DNA of 64,000 nucleotides from Scenedesmus sp. PABB004 (Eukaryota): NCBI GenBank assembly GCA_014905635.1, contig JABVCE010000013.1, positions 992,001 to 1,056,000 of the forward strand, read 5' to 3'. Shown piece by piece: positions 1 to 12,051 of this stretch (position 1 is its first letter; each line of letters starts with the position of its first letter). The notes under the pieces were generated by a model. It saw only the letters and a program-made list of their open reading frames with translations, ran no database searches and was not told where the DNA came from. The position numbers and the translations under genes were made by a program.

Positions 1-2499
1 CGGGTCGAGCGCGCCGCGAGCGCGGCAGCAGGCGCTGCTGCCGCAGCACGCCCCGCCCGCCCGCGCCCACCCTCGCCCCCACGCCGCAGGCCGGGCGCCC
101 AGCGGCTGACGCCGGCGTCCTGGTACGTCGGGGGCAGCGGCGCGCGGCGCTTCAGCTCGCTGCCGCCGCACACGGTGCGGCGCCGGCGCAGCAGCGGCGC
201 GCGGCGCGGCGGCGGGTGCCGCGCAGCCTCGCCGACCGCCGCGTCCCTCGCCCGCAGGAGCTCGCGATGCCCGCGCTGTCGCCCACGATGACGCAGGGCA
301 ACGTGCGCGCCGCGCACCGGGGCGGCGGCAGAGGCGGCGGCGGCGCGCTGCGCAGCTCCCTGCGGTCGCCGACCCGCCGACCTGCTGCGCCCCGCCGCGC
401 CGCGCAGATTGCCAAGTGGTATGTCAAGGTCGGCGACGAGATCGCCGCCGGCACGGTGCTGGCGGACATCGAGACCGACAAGGCCACGCTCGCGTTTGAA
501 AACCAGGCGCGCGCCCACGGCCGCGGCTGGGCGGGCAGGCAGGCGCGCCGCCGCGCCGCCGCGCCGCCGCCTCCCCGCCGCCGCCGCCGCCGAGCCGCGC
601 GCTGCGCCGCGCCACCGGCGTCGCGCACCGCAGGAGGACGGGTTCATCGCGGCGATCGTGGCGCCCGACGGCGCCAAGGACGTGCCGGTGGGCCAGACCG
701 TGGCGATCATCGTCGAGGACGCGGCCGACGTGGCAGCGTTCGCGGGCTACGCCGCCGGCAGCAAGGCGGCGGCGGCCGCACCCACGGCGGCGGCGCCCGC
801 CGCCGCGCCCGCCGCGCCCAGCAGCGGCGGCGGCGGCGGGGGCGCATTCCCGGACCACGTCGTGAGTGCGGTGGCGCGGCCTGACGCGGCCGGCGCGGCC
901 GACGCAGGGCGGGGGCTGGGCGCTGCGGTCTGCCCGCCCGGCGCGGCCACCCCACGGCCACCCCCCCCCCCCCCGCCGCCGCCGCCGCCGCCGCCAGGCG
1001 CTCGCGATGCCGGCGCTGTCGCCGACGATGGAGCGCGGCAACATCGTGGCGTGGCACGTGAAGGAGGGCGACGAGGTGTCGGCCGGCACGGTGCTGGCGG
1101 ACATCGAGACCGACAAGGCCACGCTCGTGTTTGAAAACCAGGTGCGCGCGCAGGCAGCGCAGGCGGGGCGGGGCGGCCGGGCGGGCGCCGCGCCGCGCCG
1201 CGCCGCGTGGCGCCCGCCCGGCGCGGCGGCGGCAGCTGCGGCGGGGCGAGGCGCCCGCGCGCGCGCCCGCCCGCGCCGCTTGCAGGACGAGGGCGTCATC
1301 GCCCGCATCCTCGCGCCGGCGGGCAGCAAGGACGTGCCTGTGGGGGCGGTCGTCGCGGTCATCGTCGAGGACGCGGCGCAGATCCCCGCGTTTGCGACCT
1401 ACACCGCCGGCGCCGGCAGCGGGAGCAGCAGCGGCAGCAGCAGCAGCAGCGGCGGCGGCGCGAGCAGCGGGAGCAAAGGCAGCAGCGCCGGCGGGGCTGC
1501 GTCCGCGCCCGCGGCGCGCGCGCCGGCCAACTTCAGGCTCGGCCCCGCGGCGCGCAAGGCGCTGGCCGAGGCGGGGCTGAGCGCGGCCGACGTCACGCCC
1601 AGCGGGCCCAACGGCATCGTGACCAAGGCCGACGTCGCCGCCGCGGTCGCGGCGGGCGTCCGGCCCGGCGGCGGCGGCGGCGGCGCGGGCGCGGCAGCAG
1701 GCGCTGCCGCGGCGCCCGCGGCGGCCAAGCCCTCGCCCGCGGCCGCGGCGCCCGCGCGGCCGGCCGCGCCCGCCGCGGCGGCGCCGCCGCCGCCGCCGGC
1801 GCCGCCGGGGTCGCGCTACACGGACGTGCCGGCGAGCCAGGTGCGGCAGATCATCGCGAAGCGGCTGCTCGAGTCGAAGCTCACGGCGCCGAGCCTCTAC
1901 GTCAGCGTCGACGTGGCGCTCGGCGCGCTGACCGCGCTGCGCGCGCGCCTCGCTGAGGGCGGCACGAAGCTGTCGGTCAACGATTTCGTGCTGCGCGCGG
2001 CGGCGCTCGCGCTGCGCGACGTGCCCGCCGCCAACGTGCGCTGGGACGACGCGGCCGGCGCGGCCGTGCCGGCGGGCGGCGTCGACGTGTGCGTCGCGGT
2101 CGCGATCGACGGCGGGCTCGTCACGCCGGTCGTGCGCGGCGCGGACGGCAAGGGCCTCGCTGCGCTGAGCGCGGAGGTGCGCGACCTCGCGGCGCGCGCG
2201 CGCGCGCGAACAAGCTCAAGCCCGAGGAGTACACGGGCGGGAGCTTCTCGATCAGCAACCTCGGCATGTATGGCCTCTCCGAGTTCAGCGCCATCATCAA
2301 CCCGCCCCAGGGCGCCATCCTGGCGGTCGGCGGCGCGCAGGCGCGCGTGTCGCGCGCGCCCGGCGGCGGGCTCGCGGCCGAGAGCGTCATGACGGCGACG
2401 CTCAGCGCCGACCACCGCGCGATCGACGGCGACGTCGCGGCGGCGCTGCTGGGCGCGTTCAAGCGGCACCTGGAGAACCCGCTGAGCATGGTGCTGTGA
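1..2499 (+). CDS. DLAT: Mitochondrial pyruvate dehydrogenase E2 (dihydrolipoamide acetyltransferase) with two lipoyl domains; 5' end outside window; spliced
   Basis: Two lipoyl domains ([13 protein letters not shown]..W..K.GD...[17 protein letters not shown]), E3-binding domain ([14 protein letters not shown]...[11 protein letters not shown]), catalytic domain ([11 protein letters not shown]...[13 protein letters not shown]...[11 protein letters not shown]). Presequence-like ..[12 protein letters not shown] precedes intron 175-257. Stop TGA at 2497-2499; TGTAA at ~2648. Apparent 2-nt frameshift in a (CG)n run at ~2195-2208. Confidence 0.95.
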
Positions 2500-3053
2500 G
2501 CGCGGCGCGGCGCGGCGGCGCCGCGTGGCGCCGCGACAGCGGCGCGCGGCCTGGGCTGCGTGCTCCCCTCCTCCTCCTGTAGCTGGCTGGATACGGAGTG
2601 CGCGTGTGACACGGCCAGGGCGGCATGCGGTGTGGCGGCGCGGCCGCTGTAAAATCGCGCGCGGCAGCGCCGCCGCCGACGCTCAGTAACGCGCGTCGCA
2701 GAGCCCGCGCAGAGCCCGCGCAGCCCGCCCGGTCGCGCCCACGGAGAGCTCGCACACGCCTCGCCGTCGCCCCTGCTCCCCGCCCTTGAGCCGTTGGGCG
2801 CCCTCAGCCTGGCGAGCCCCAGCCCCGCGCCCCTCGCGCGCCCGAGCGTCTGCGTGCCCGCACGGAGGGCGCGGCACACGCCCACCTGCGTCCTCGCCCG
2901 CAGCGGCAGCCCGGCGGCCCCGCGCCACGCCGGTGCTGCTCCGGGCGAGCTCGGGCCATTTTTCTGCGCTTCCCGGACGCCCGCGTCAGCAGCAGCCAGC
3001 GCCCTAGCTCGCCCGAGCCGATCGCGATGCCGTGGTGCTCGGCCTAGCGGAAA

Positions 3054-5574
3054 ATGACGCTGCGCGTCCTGGCGGCGGACCGGCCGCCGCTCGTCTTCAT
3101 CGACGACACCGCCGGCGGCGCGCCCATCTTCCGCGGCTACCTGGTCGACCTCCTGCCCACGCTGCTGCAGCATGCGGGGCTGCAGCTCGCGTACGACGTC
3201 ACCGCCTTCACCGGCAGCGGCGGCACGCTCGGCGCCAACGGCACCTGGAGCGGCGTGATGGGCCAGCTCACGAGCGGCCGCGCCGATCTCGCGCTTTTCC
3301 CGCTGACCCTCACGAGCCAGCGCGCGACCGCGATCGCGCACACTGAGCCGTTCATGGATGACGGCTACGGCATCCTCGTCCGCACGAAGCAGGTCGACCC
3401 GGGCTACTCCTTCCTGCTGCCCTTCCAGCCGCTCACGTGGCTCTGCTTCCTCATGGCCATGCTGGGCATCATGCTCCTCGTCAGCGCGATCGACGCGGTC
3501 ACGCGCCGCGCGCGCCTGCGCGCGTTTGCGCGCCTCCACGGCGAGGGCTTCGTCGCGAAGCGGCGCCGGCGAGGTGCGCACCTCGCCGCTGTCACGCGCC
3601 GCCGCGCGGCCGAGGCTGCGCGCCGCGCGCGCGCGCCCACACCGCGCGGCCGCGCCCGCGCGCAGACAAGCTGATGAGCCACGCGATCGAGACGGTGATG
3701 ATGGCCGTCGGCAGCGGCTCGGCGCCGACGTCGCGCAGCGCGGCCGTCAAGCTGCTCTTTGTCGCGTGGGCGGTATTCAGCATCATCATGCTCAGCGCCT
3801 ATACCGCCAACCTGACCGCCAACATGACCGTCAACCAGATGGGCCTCGCGGTCTCGAGCCTGCGCGACCTCGCCGCCGCGCCCGCGCCGTTCGGTGAGCG
3901 GGGCGGGTGCCTACGCCGTGCCTTCGCCCGCGCGCGCGCACTCACTCGCCCTGCGCCCGCGCCGTCCAGGCGTGCCCGCGCAGTCGAGCGTGTCTGCCTA
4001 CTTCGCCAACAGCAGCGACGCGGGCGCGCGCGCGCTGCGGCACAAGATGCTGGAATACCCCTCCACGCCCGACGGCGTGCAGGTGCGGACGAGCCCGCCG
4101 CGCCCACCCGCCCGCGCGCCCGCCCGCGCCGCCGCGCACGCCGCCCGCGCGCGCGCCGCCGCCCGGCTGCCGCCGCGGCCGCGGCGTCACTTCCCGCGCG
4201 CCGCCCGGCCTGGCAGGCGGTGCGCGACGGCAAGATTGCCGCGTTCATCAATGACTACGCCACGCTGCAGTACAACACCCAGGCGCGCGGCGCGGCAGCG
4301 TTGATTGACCGGCCGGGCGGCCGGGCCCCCGCAGCGCGCCAGCTGCGCGCATCGCAGCGCGCGGCCGACGCGCGGCGCCCCGCCCGCCGCCGCCGCGCCG
4401 CGCGGCGCGCAGGTCCCGCCGTGCGACCTCGCGCTGGGCGCCGAGACCATCGGCAGCGGGCAGCTCGTGCTGGGGCTCGCGCCCAACGCCTCGCGCCTCG
4501 CGGACCGCCTCAACGCAGCGATGCTGCAGCTGAACGAAGCCGGCTACATGGCAGGTGCGCACCTGCCACGGCGCTCCTCGCCGCGCGTCGCGCTCCGCGG
4601 CCCCGGCCCAGCAGCTGTGCTGGCCCTGCTGGGCCGGCAGCCACCGCCGCGGCCGCTCCCGACGCCGCCGCGTCCCCGCGTCCGGCGCAGAGCTGCGGCG
4701 CAAGTGGTTCACCGAGTCGTCGAGCTGCCTGCAGGAGGACAGCAAGGCGGGCGGCGACGGCCGGCTGTCGATGGCCCAGGCGTGGAGCGTGTTCCTCATC
4801 CTCGCCGCGGGCGCGGGCGCCGCGCTGCTGGTCGCGGGGCTCGAGCTCTTGTACTGGAAGCGCGGGTTCAAGGGTGAGCGAGGCCGGCGCGGGGTCAACG
4901 CTCGCGCCGGCCGTCCCGGTTGCCCCCGCCCGCGCCCGGCGGGCCCCCGCGGCGCGGGCGCCTGAGCCCCCCTTCCCCCGCCACCCGGCCCGCGGCGCAG
5001 GCGTGCACGAGCTGAAGCGCGACGTGAGCGCCCTCGGCATCCGGCCGGCGCTGCGGAAACGCCTCAGCCGCGGCAAGCTCTCGGCCGACCTCGGGACGCC
5101 GGGGGAGGCCGGCGAGTGCGGGTGCGGCGCGCGGGGCGGCGTGGCGCGCAGCGCCGGCCGCCGCGCCCGGGCGGCTGCCGACACGCGGCGTGCCGCCGCC
5201 GCGCCGCGCGCAGGCCCCGCTCCTGCGGCGTGCTGAGCGGAACGAGCCTGGACAGCGAGGACTCTGCCCTCGTTCGGGACCAGGCCGGCTGCGACTACGC
5301 GCTGCCCGGCAAGGGCGGCGTCGCGGCGGCGGTCCGCGCGCCGCCGGCGTCGGCCGGCAGCAGCCCGCTCAGCCAGCAGCAGCACAGCGCGGGCGTGCAG
5401 CTCACCGCGCAGGCGGCGGCGGCGGCGGAGCCGCGGCGCCAGCGGCAGGACGCGGTGCACTGGGGCGCCTGCGTTGAGAGCGGGCAGGGCGCAGGGGGCC
5501 GCGGCGGCCGCCGCGGTGGCGGGCACGGCGGGCACGGCGGCACGACCACCGACGACTCGTCGGACTCCGACTGA
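3054..5574 (+). CDS. Ionotropic glutamate receptor-like (GLR/iGluR) channel, spliced (~7 introns)
   Basis: S1 segment (GTWSGVMGQLTSGRADLALFPLTLTSQRATAIAHTEPF), M1 (FLLPFQPLTWLCFL), M3 with SAYTANLTA (SYTANLAA-type gate), S2 (VRDGKIAAFINDYATLQY...CDL), ELRRKWFTESSSC and M4 (AWSVFLILAAGAGAALLVAGLELLYW). Stop TGA at 5572-5574. Confidence 0.9.
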
Positions 5575-6189
5575 CGGCGCGCCGTGGCGCCTGTTCCCCC
5601 AAGCGATCAGCGTGCCGAGCGCTCAACGCGTGCGCCTGCAGGAGTGCTTGACAGACCAACCGGGCGGCCAGTGGGTCTCCTTTGATATCCAACTTTGAGT
5701 CGCGCACAACACTGTTTGCTTTGACCATCGGGGTCACTCGGGCTTTGTTGTTCTTCCAGCACCTTTTGATTCGGGAGTTTGATCTGAGAGGCGGTGGGCG
5801 CAACCCCCACCTCCGTCCGCCGCCTGCCGACGGGCGGGCGGCGCGCTTGGGCGCGGGGCGCCGGCGCCCAAGCGGCGCGCCGGGTGACACCGGCGCGGCG
5901 GCCCCGTGGCGCACGCGCACGCTCGTCGGTTCGGCAGACGTTCCGCGCACGCCGCGGCGCGTGTCAGACCGGGAGTTCAAAGCACGCGAGCGTGAACATG
6001 TCACTTTTACGATGCCCGTCCAGCGCGTATAGACGCTCGCTGCGCCGGCGCCCGGCACCAGACGCTCTCGCGTGCTCTCAGAAGAGCTTTCCCCCGCACA
6101 AGCCTCCACGTCGTCCACCCCCGCACGCCCCGCCGCATTGGGCCTCTCCCGCGCCGCCCGCCTGCGTTGCCTCCGTCGCGTGGGCCGCC

Positions 6190-9100
6190 ATGGCGCGCGC
6201 CCAGCAGCTGGCGCTGGTGATTGCGCTGGCCTGCCTCGCTGCCGCCGCGCCAGGTAGGGAGAACTGGGGGCGCCATCGCGCGCGACCAACGCGCGGGACC
6301 TCCCGCCGGGAGCGGTCCCACGCGGCCGCGATCGCGCGCCCCCGGACAGCGCGCGCACGGGGCGCGCGACGACGGGCTGCGGGCGGCGCTGGGGCCGGCG
6401 GCACCCGCGGCCCGCGCTGCTCGCGCGCAGGGCGGCGGCGGCGGGCGCGCAGCCGCCCGCCCGCGGCGCAGCCGCTGCCGCGGCGCGGGCGGTCGACGTG
6501 CTGGGCGCGCGGCCGGGGCGCGCCCAACCACCCAAACCGCGCCGACCCGCCGCTGCCCCGCCCCGCCGCGCCGCGCGGCAACCGCCCAACCTCCCGCCGC
6601 AGTGCACGCCGTGGACTGCACGACGTTGTCCATACCCTTCGCCGGATGCGTGAACGTGTCCTCAGGTGTGCAGCGCAGCGCACAGGCAGCCGCGCGGCCA
6701 CGCGCGCGCGCTGACCGATGGCCGCCCTCGCTACCCACTCCTCGCGCAGGCGTCATGGACTCAAACTGCGCCGCGGGCAGTGGCATCTATTGCCTTGATG
6801 TGTCCGATGCAGGTACAAAGTGCAAGTACACGGTCAAGGTCAACAACACCGTCTGCCGCGCGGCCAACGGTGAGTGCGCCCGGGCGAGGAGCTGGCATTG
6901 TGCAGCCAGGGCGGGCGCGGACGGTGTCCTTGCAGGAGCGGCAGCCGCGCACGCTGACGCCCTGCACCCCGCGCAGGCGCGTGCGACGTCGCCGAGGTGT
7001 GCGACGGCGTCAACCCCGGCTGCCCCACGGACGCGTTCCAGCCGGTCAACACGGTCTGCCGCGCCGCCAACCTCACAGCCGGCTGCGACGTGGCGGTGAG
7101 CGCCTGCAGCGGCGGCGGCGGCGGCGGCGGCAGCTCAGAGCGGTGGCGCGCGTGCTGCGCGCAGCCGGCCGCGTCACTGGCGCACGCACGCTGCGCCACC
7201 GCAGGAGGTGTGCAACGGGACGAGCGCGGCCTGCCCCGCTGACGCCGTGGCCGCCAACGGCACCGTGTGCCGCGCCTCCAACGGCACCTGCGACATCGCG
7301 GAGACGTGAGCGCCCTGCTGCGGTCCCGCAGCGCACCAGCCGAGGGCCGAGGGCCGTGGCAGCTGAGCAGGCGGGGGCCGCCGCTCGCTCACACGCCCGC
7401 CCCGCCACGCCACACACAACCCCTGGCGCACCTGCAGGTGCAACGGCGTGTCCGTGCTGTGCCCAGCAGACGTGTTTGTGGCGAGCACTGTCGTGTGCAG
7501 GAACGCGTCAGGTGCGCCTAGGCCTGCAGGCAGAGCCACCAGGGCCGGCGCAGCGCTTATGGCGCCAGCAGCAGCACCGGAAGCGGCGGCCTGACGGCGG
7601 CGGCCCCGCATCCGCGCGCAGACGTCTGCGACCAGGCCGAGTATTGCACGGGCAACTCGTCAAGCTGCCCTGTTGATACGTTCAGGGCCAACGGCACCGT
7701 GTGCCGCAATGCAAGCGGTGAGTGGGCAGAACGGGCGCACGCGCGCGCCGCCGTGGTGGGCTGAGCGCGCGGAGCAGGTGCAGCCAGCGAGCGGGCCCTG
7801 TCCCACTCGCATGCCCGCTGCCCCTGGCTGCAGGCCTGTGCGACGCGGCCGAGATGTGCAACGGCTCGTCTGCAAGCTGCCCAGCTGACACGTACCTCGC
7901 CAACGGCACCGTGTGCCGGGCGGCCGCTGGTCTGTGCGACGTGGCGGTGAGCGGGGGCACCTGGCCTGCGCACACGCGAGCGGCCGGCACGCTGGGATGC
8001 AGGGAGCGGCCTGGTCGCAAGGGCGGGCAGCAGCCCCACGGCTGCTGGCGCTTGCCGCCCGCAGGAGGTGTGCGATGGCACCAGCACGTCCTGCCCGAAT
8101 GACGTCATTGTGCTGGCTGGCACCGTGTGCCGCGCCTCCAACGGCACCTGTGACGTCGAGGAAAAGTGAGCGCCCTGCGCAGCTGTCCCGCACAGCGCGC
8201 CAGAGGGGTCGTGGCAGCTCAACGGGCGTGGGCCGCCGCTCGCTCACAAGCCCGCCTGCCCCCGCCGCGCGTGGTGCGCCTGCAGGTGTGATGGCACGTC
8301 CAAGGCCTGCCCGGCTGACGTGTTCGTAAACAGCACAGTCATGTGCAGGAACGCGACAGGTGCGCCTAGGCCTGCAGACGCTGCGGGCCAGCCGGTGCAG
8401 CGCGCATGGCGGCAGCACCAGCCGCGGGAGCTGCGCCGGAAGCACCAGCAGCCTGACGGCGGCCACCCCGCACGCGCGCGCAGGCGCCTGTGACCTGCCG
8501 GAGTTTTGCACGGGCAGCGCGGCAAGCTGCCCTGTTGACACATTCAGGGCCAACGGCACCGTGTGCCGCAACGCAAGCGGTGAGTTGAGAACGGCCGCGC
8601 GCGCGCGCCGCCGTGGTGGGCTGAGCGGGCGGAGCAGGCGCAGCCAGCGAGCGGGCTCTGCCCCACTGACACCCCCGCCACCCCCGCTGCCCCTGTCTGC
8701 AGGCCTGTGCGACGCGGCCGAGGTGTGCAGCGGCTCGTCTGCAAGCTGCCCAGCTGACACGTACCTCGCCAACGGCACCGTGTGCCGGGCGGCCGCCGGT
8801 CTGTGCGACGTGGCGGTGAGCGGGGGCGCCTGGCCTGGTCTGCACGCACGCGGCCGCTGCGTGCTGTCGCTGGGAGCGGCTGGCAGATTGCGAGGGCGGG
8901 CAGGAGCCCCACGGCTGCTGTCGCTTGCCGCCCGCAGGAGGTGTGCGACGGCACCAGCTCGTCCTGCCCCGCCGACGTCCTGCGGTCGGCGGGCTTCGTC
9001 TGCCGCGCTGCCGCCGGGGACTGCGACGTCGACGAGACGTGAGCGCGCCGCACGGGCTGCCGCACGGCCAGCGGCCGCTGGCCGGGGCGCCGCCGCCCGG

Positions 9101-11097
9101 TCAGCGCGACCGCGCCGCGCTGACGCCTGCCCCTGTCGCCCGCCCGCCCGCGCGCGCGCAGCTGCAACGGCACCACCGCCCTCTGCGGCGCCGACCTGTT
9201 CAAGCCCAACACCACGCAGTGCCGCGCGGCCAACGGCAGCATCCCCGCGCAGTTCTGCACGGGCGACCGCGCGCTGTGCCCCGCGGGCACGCTGCCGACG
9301 GCGACGGTCTGGGTGACGATCGACGGCGCCTGCAGCGACATCACGCACACAATCATCCTGGCCACGACGCTCAGCAAGCTGCGCAGCGACGCCGCGGCCG
9401 GGCTGAGCGACAACATCGACGGCGCGAAAATCAACTGCACGCAGACCAGCAGCAGGCGGCTGCTTGCGGGCGGCAGCGACGGCGGCGCCGCGCGCGCGCT
9501 GCTGGCCGTGTCAGCGACGTACGGCGTGCGCGTCTTCACGGTCGATGCCTTCACCCGGACCGAGCTGGAGGCGCTGACCACGCAGTTTGCCGCGTTTGTC
9601 AACACCGTGACGACGTCGGGCATCGGCGTCGCCGTGCCGGCCCTGCAAACCGCCTTTGGCGCTTCGATCAAGGGCTCGAGTGAGGCCCCGCGCCCGCGGC
9701 TGCGCCGCCGCTGCTGCCGCAGCCCGTGCGGCGCCGCTGGCCCCGCCCGCCGCCCCGCCCGCGCGCGCCGGGCTCACGCGCCGCCGCTCACGCGCCGCCG
9801 CGCCCCCGCGCCAGGCGCGACGCTGACCAACGACCCGCTGCCGTCGGAGAGCCTATCGCTGAGCCTCGTCAGCACCGGCGTCATCATCAGCAACGCGCCC
9901 TACCAGATCGAGGCCTTCTACTCTCGCGGGCCGAGCATCCCCATCACCAACGCGCCCGTCTCCCTCTCCACGCCGTCCGGCACGCTCTGCCGCCCCTCGT
10001 CGCCGTCCAACACCAACGCCAACGGCAAGCTGCTCTTCAACTGCAACTCCGACACCAAGGGCGACAAGGCGTTTTCCGCCACCGCCAACGGCCTGGTCGC
10101 GCCGCTGATCGTGTCCGTGCGCAACGTCCAGCTCACCGTGCGGCGCCAGGACGGCCTGTCCACGCCCATTGACAAGGGCTCGACGCTGACGATCGAGGCC
10201 GTCCTGGCCTTCGACCCGCCCGGGCCGAGCGTGTCGGGCCTGCGCGTGACGCTGACCGGGCCCAAGCCGCCGCCCATGTCCATGAACACCGACCAGACTG
10301 GCGTCGCCGACTTTGCCGTCACCTTCGGCGACGCCGGCACCACCCGGCTGACCGCGACCGCGTTCAACGGCGCCGCGAGCGGATTCACTGACTTCACCGT
10401 CACCGGCCCCGTGGTCCCGCCCACGCCGAGCCCCAGCCCCCTGCCCCCCGCGCCCAGCCCCAGCCCCACGCCGCCGGTGACCGGCGCCGTCACGTGCGGG
10501 TCATGCACGCTCGGCAACAACGTGTGCAGCAGCAGCCAGTGCCCCTGCGTGGCGAGCACCACGCCCGGGCCGCAGGTCTGCTCGTGCGACGCCAGCCGCG
10601 GCCTGGTGCAGCGCACCTGGCCAAACCCCGCAATCCCTGGCAACGGCCTGTCGCGGTGCACGTGGGACGTGCGCCTGCCGTCCGGCCCGCTCGTCGCCAC
10701 CGCGGGCGGCAACAGCCGCGCCCGCACCACCAACGTCAACATCCTGGCGGTGCTCGACGTCACGCTCGGCGGCTCGAGCAACCAGCGCCTCTGCCCGCCG
10801 CGGACCGGCAACTGGCGGAGCGCGCGCGCGCGCGTCATCTCGTCGGCCCGGCTCGACGCCTCGCCCTTTGCCTGCGGCGCGGGGCCCTACGCCACGCTGC
10901 AGACGACGCGCTGGGGCGCCGCCGGCGAGACCTGCCTCGGAAACACCGCCACCGCGCTGGTGGCCCTGAGCACGCGGATCCAGTGGGACAGGTTTGGGCC
11001 GGGCGCGAGCGAGCGCTGCTTCACGCTGACCATCAACACCTCCGACGGGGTGACCAAGGCCATCCCGCTCAAGCTCACGCGGTCGCGCCGCCGCTGA
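6190..11097 (+). CDS. Secreted Cys-rich protein with ~12 tandem disintegrin-like repeats, beta-rich (Ig-like) modules, Ser/Pro stalk and Cys-rich C-terminus (~15 exons)
   Basis: Signal peptide MARAQQLALVIALACLAAAAP. Spliced exons give repeated CRxxxGxCDxxExCxGxxxxCPxD, including CDLPEFCTGSAASCPVD. Large last exons 9162-11097 include PTPSPSPLPPAPSPSPTPP and many N-x-S/T sequons. Confidence 0.85.
7205..8937 (+). repeat. Tandem direct duplication of a ~865-bp four-exon/four-intron block (7205-8064 vs 8065-8937)
   Basis: Homologous introns as well as exons, e.g. gtgcgcctaggcctgcag at 7512 and 8360, and ...gcgcgccgccgtggtgggctgagcg..gcagccagcgagcggg at ~7742 and ~8602. Near-identical exons at 7834-7946 and 8703-8815. 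Confidence 0.9.
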
Positions 11098-11720
11098 GCG
11101 CGCCGGCGCATGGCTGGGCGGCCCGGCCGCCTCGAGAACGCACACATCACATCACCCCGTCGAACAAACACTCTGGCGCGCAACGCTACGCCCAGGCCTG
11201 CCTGGCGTGCGTCGCGGGGCCGGCGCGCGGCTGCTGGCGTGCAGCCTGCGCGCGCGCACAGAACAGAACAGCTGCAGCGCAATGAGGGGAGGTCTGTCTG
11301 TCGCGCAACGCTCTCTGTGCACAGCTCTGTGCACAGCCGACGAGGGCTGACGGGAGGGGGTGCACACTGTGACGGGGGGCGCCGCATTTTCCAGGCTTGG
11401 TCAGACCTCCCTGGTGCTGGTGTGCCGGCCTGCTCCCACACCAGGGTGGGTGGGTGTGTGCGTGATGCGTGGGAGTAGGCTAGGCAGCAACGTGTGGCGC
11501 TGGGCTCAGACCCGCGCCCAGGCTGGCGGCTGCGAGCGGCGGGCTGACCGGGCGAGGTGATCCGCCGCACGCCAACGCGACTGCACAGTGGCTAGGCATA
11601 AGAAGCCTGAAGGAGGTGGTGAACCAACGTCTGCTTTGCACACACACACACACGTTCTGCTGCCGAGTCGGGCACGAGCCCAGCGGGCATGGTCTCTCTG
11701 TTTAACACCCCCCCCTCTGC

Positions 11721-12018
11721 TCACGCCGTCAGGGCCGCGCCGCCGCTCCCGCCGTCTGCTGGCTGCTCCTCCTGGTGCAGTCGCTGCTGCGCTGCCGTGA
11801 CGCGCTTGGCCAAGCCGTCGATCCAGGCCACGAGCAGCGGCCGGCGCGCGTAGTCGTCCGACAGGCTGCCCCGATAAAGCGCGGCCAGCCACGCGGGGCG
11901 CGCCGGCGACGGCGCAGCCAGCACGGCTGCGGCCACGGCGTCCAGCGCCGCGGGGAGCTGCCCAAAGTCGAGCGCCTGCAGCGCCAGCGCCACCTGCTCG
12001 ACCAGGCTTGCTGCCGCG

Positions 12019-12051
<33 letters not shown>

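Noticed and set aside
5600..6120. Lower-GC patch after the GLR with short ORFs (including a VAHNTVCFD string)
   Set aside because: No coherent coding frame or recognisable domain. It is consistent with 3'UTR/promoter sequence, though a decayed insertion cannot be excluded without a search.
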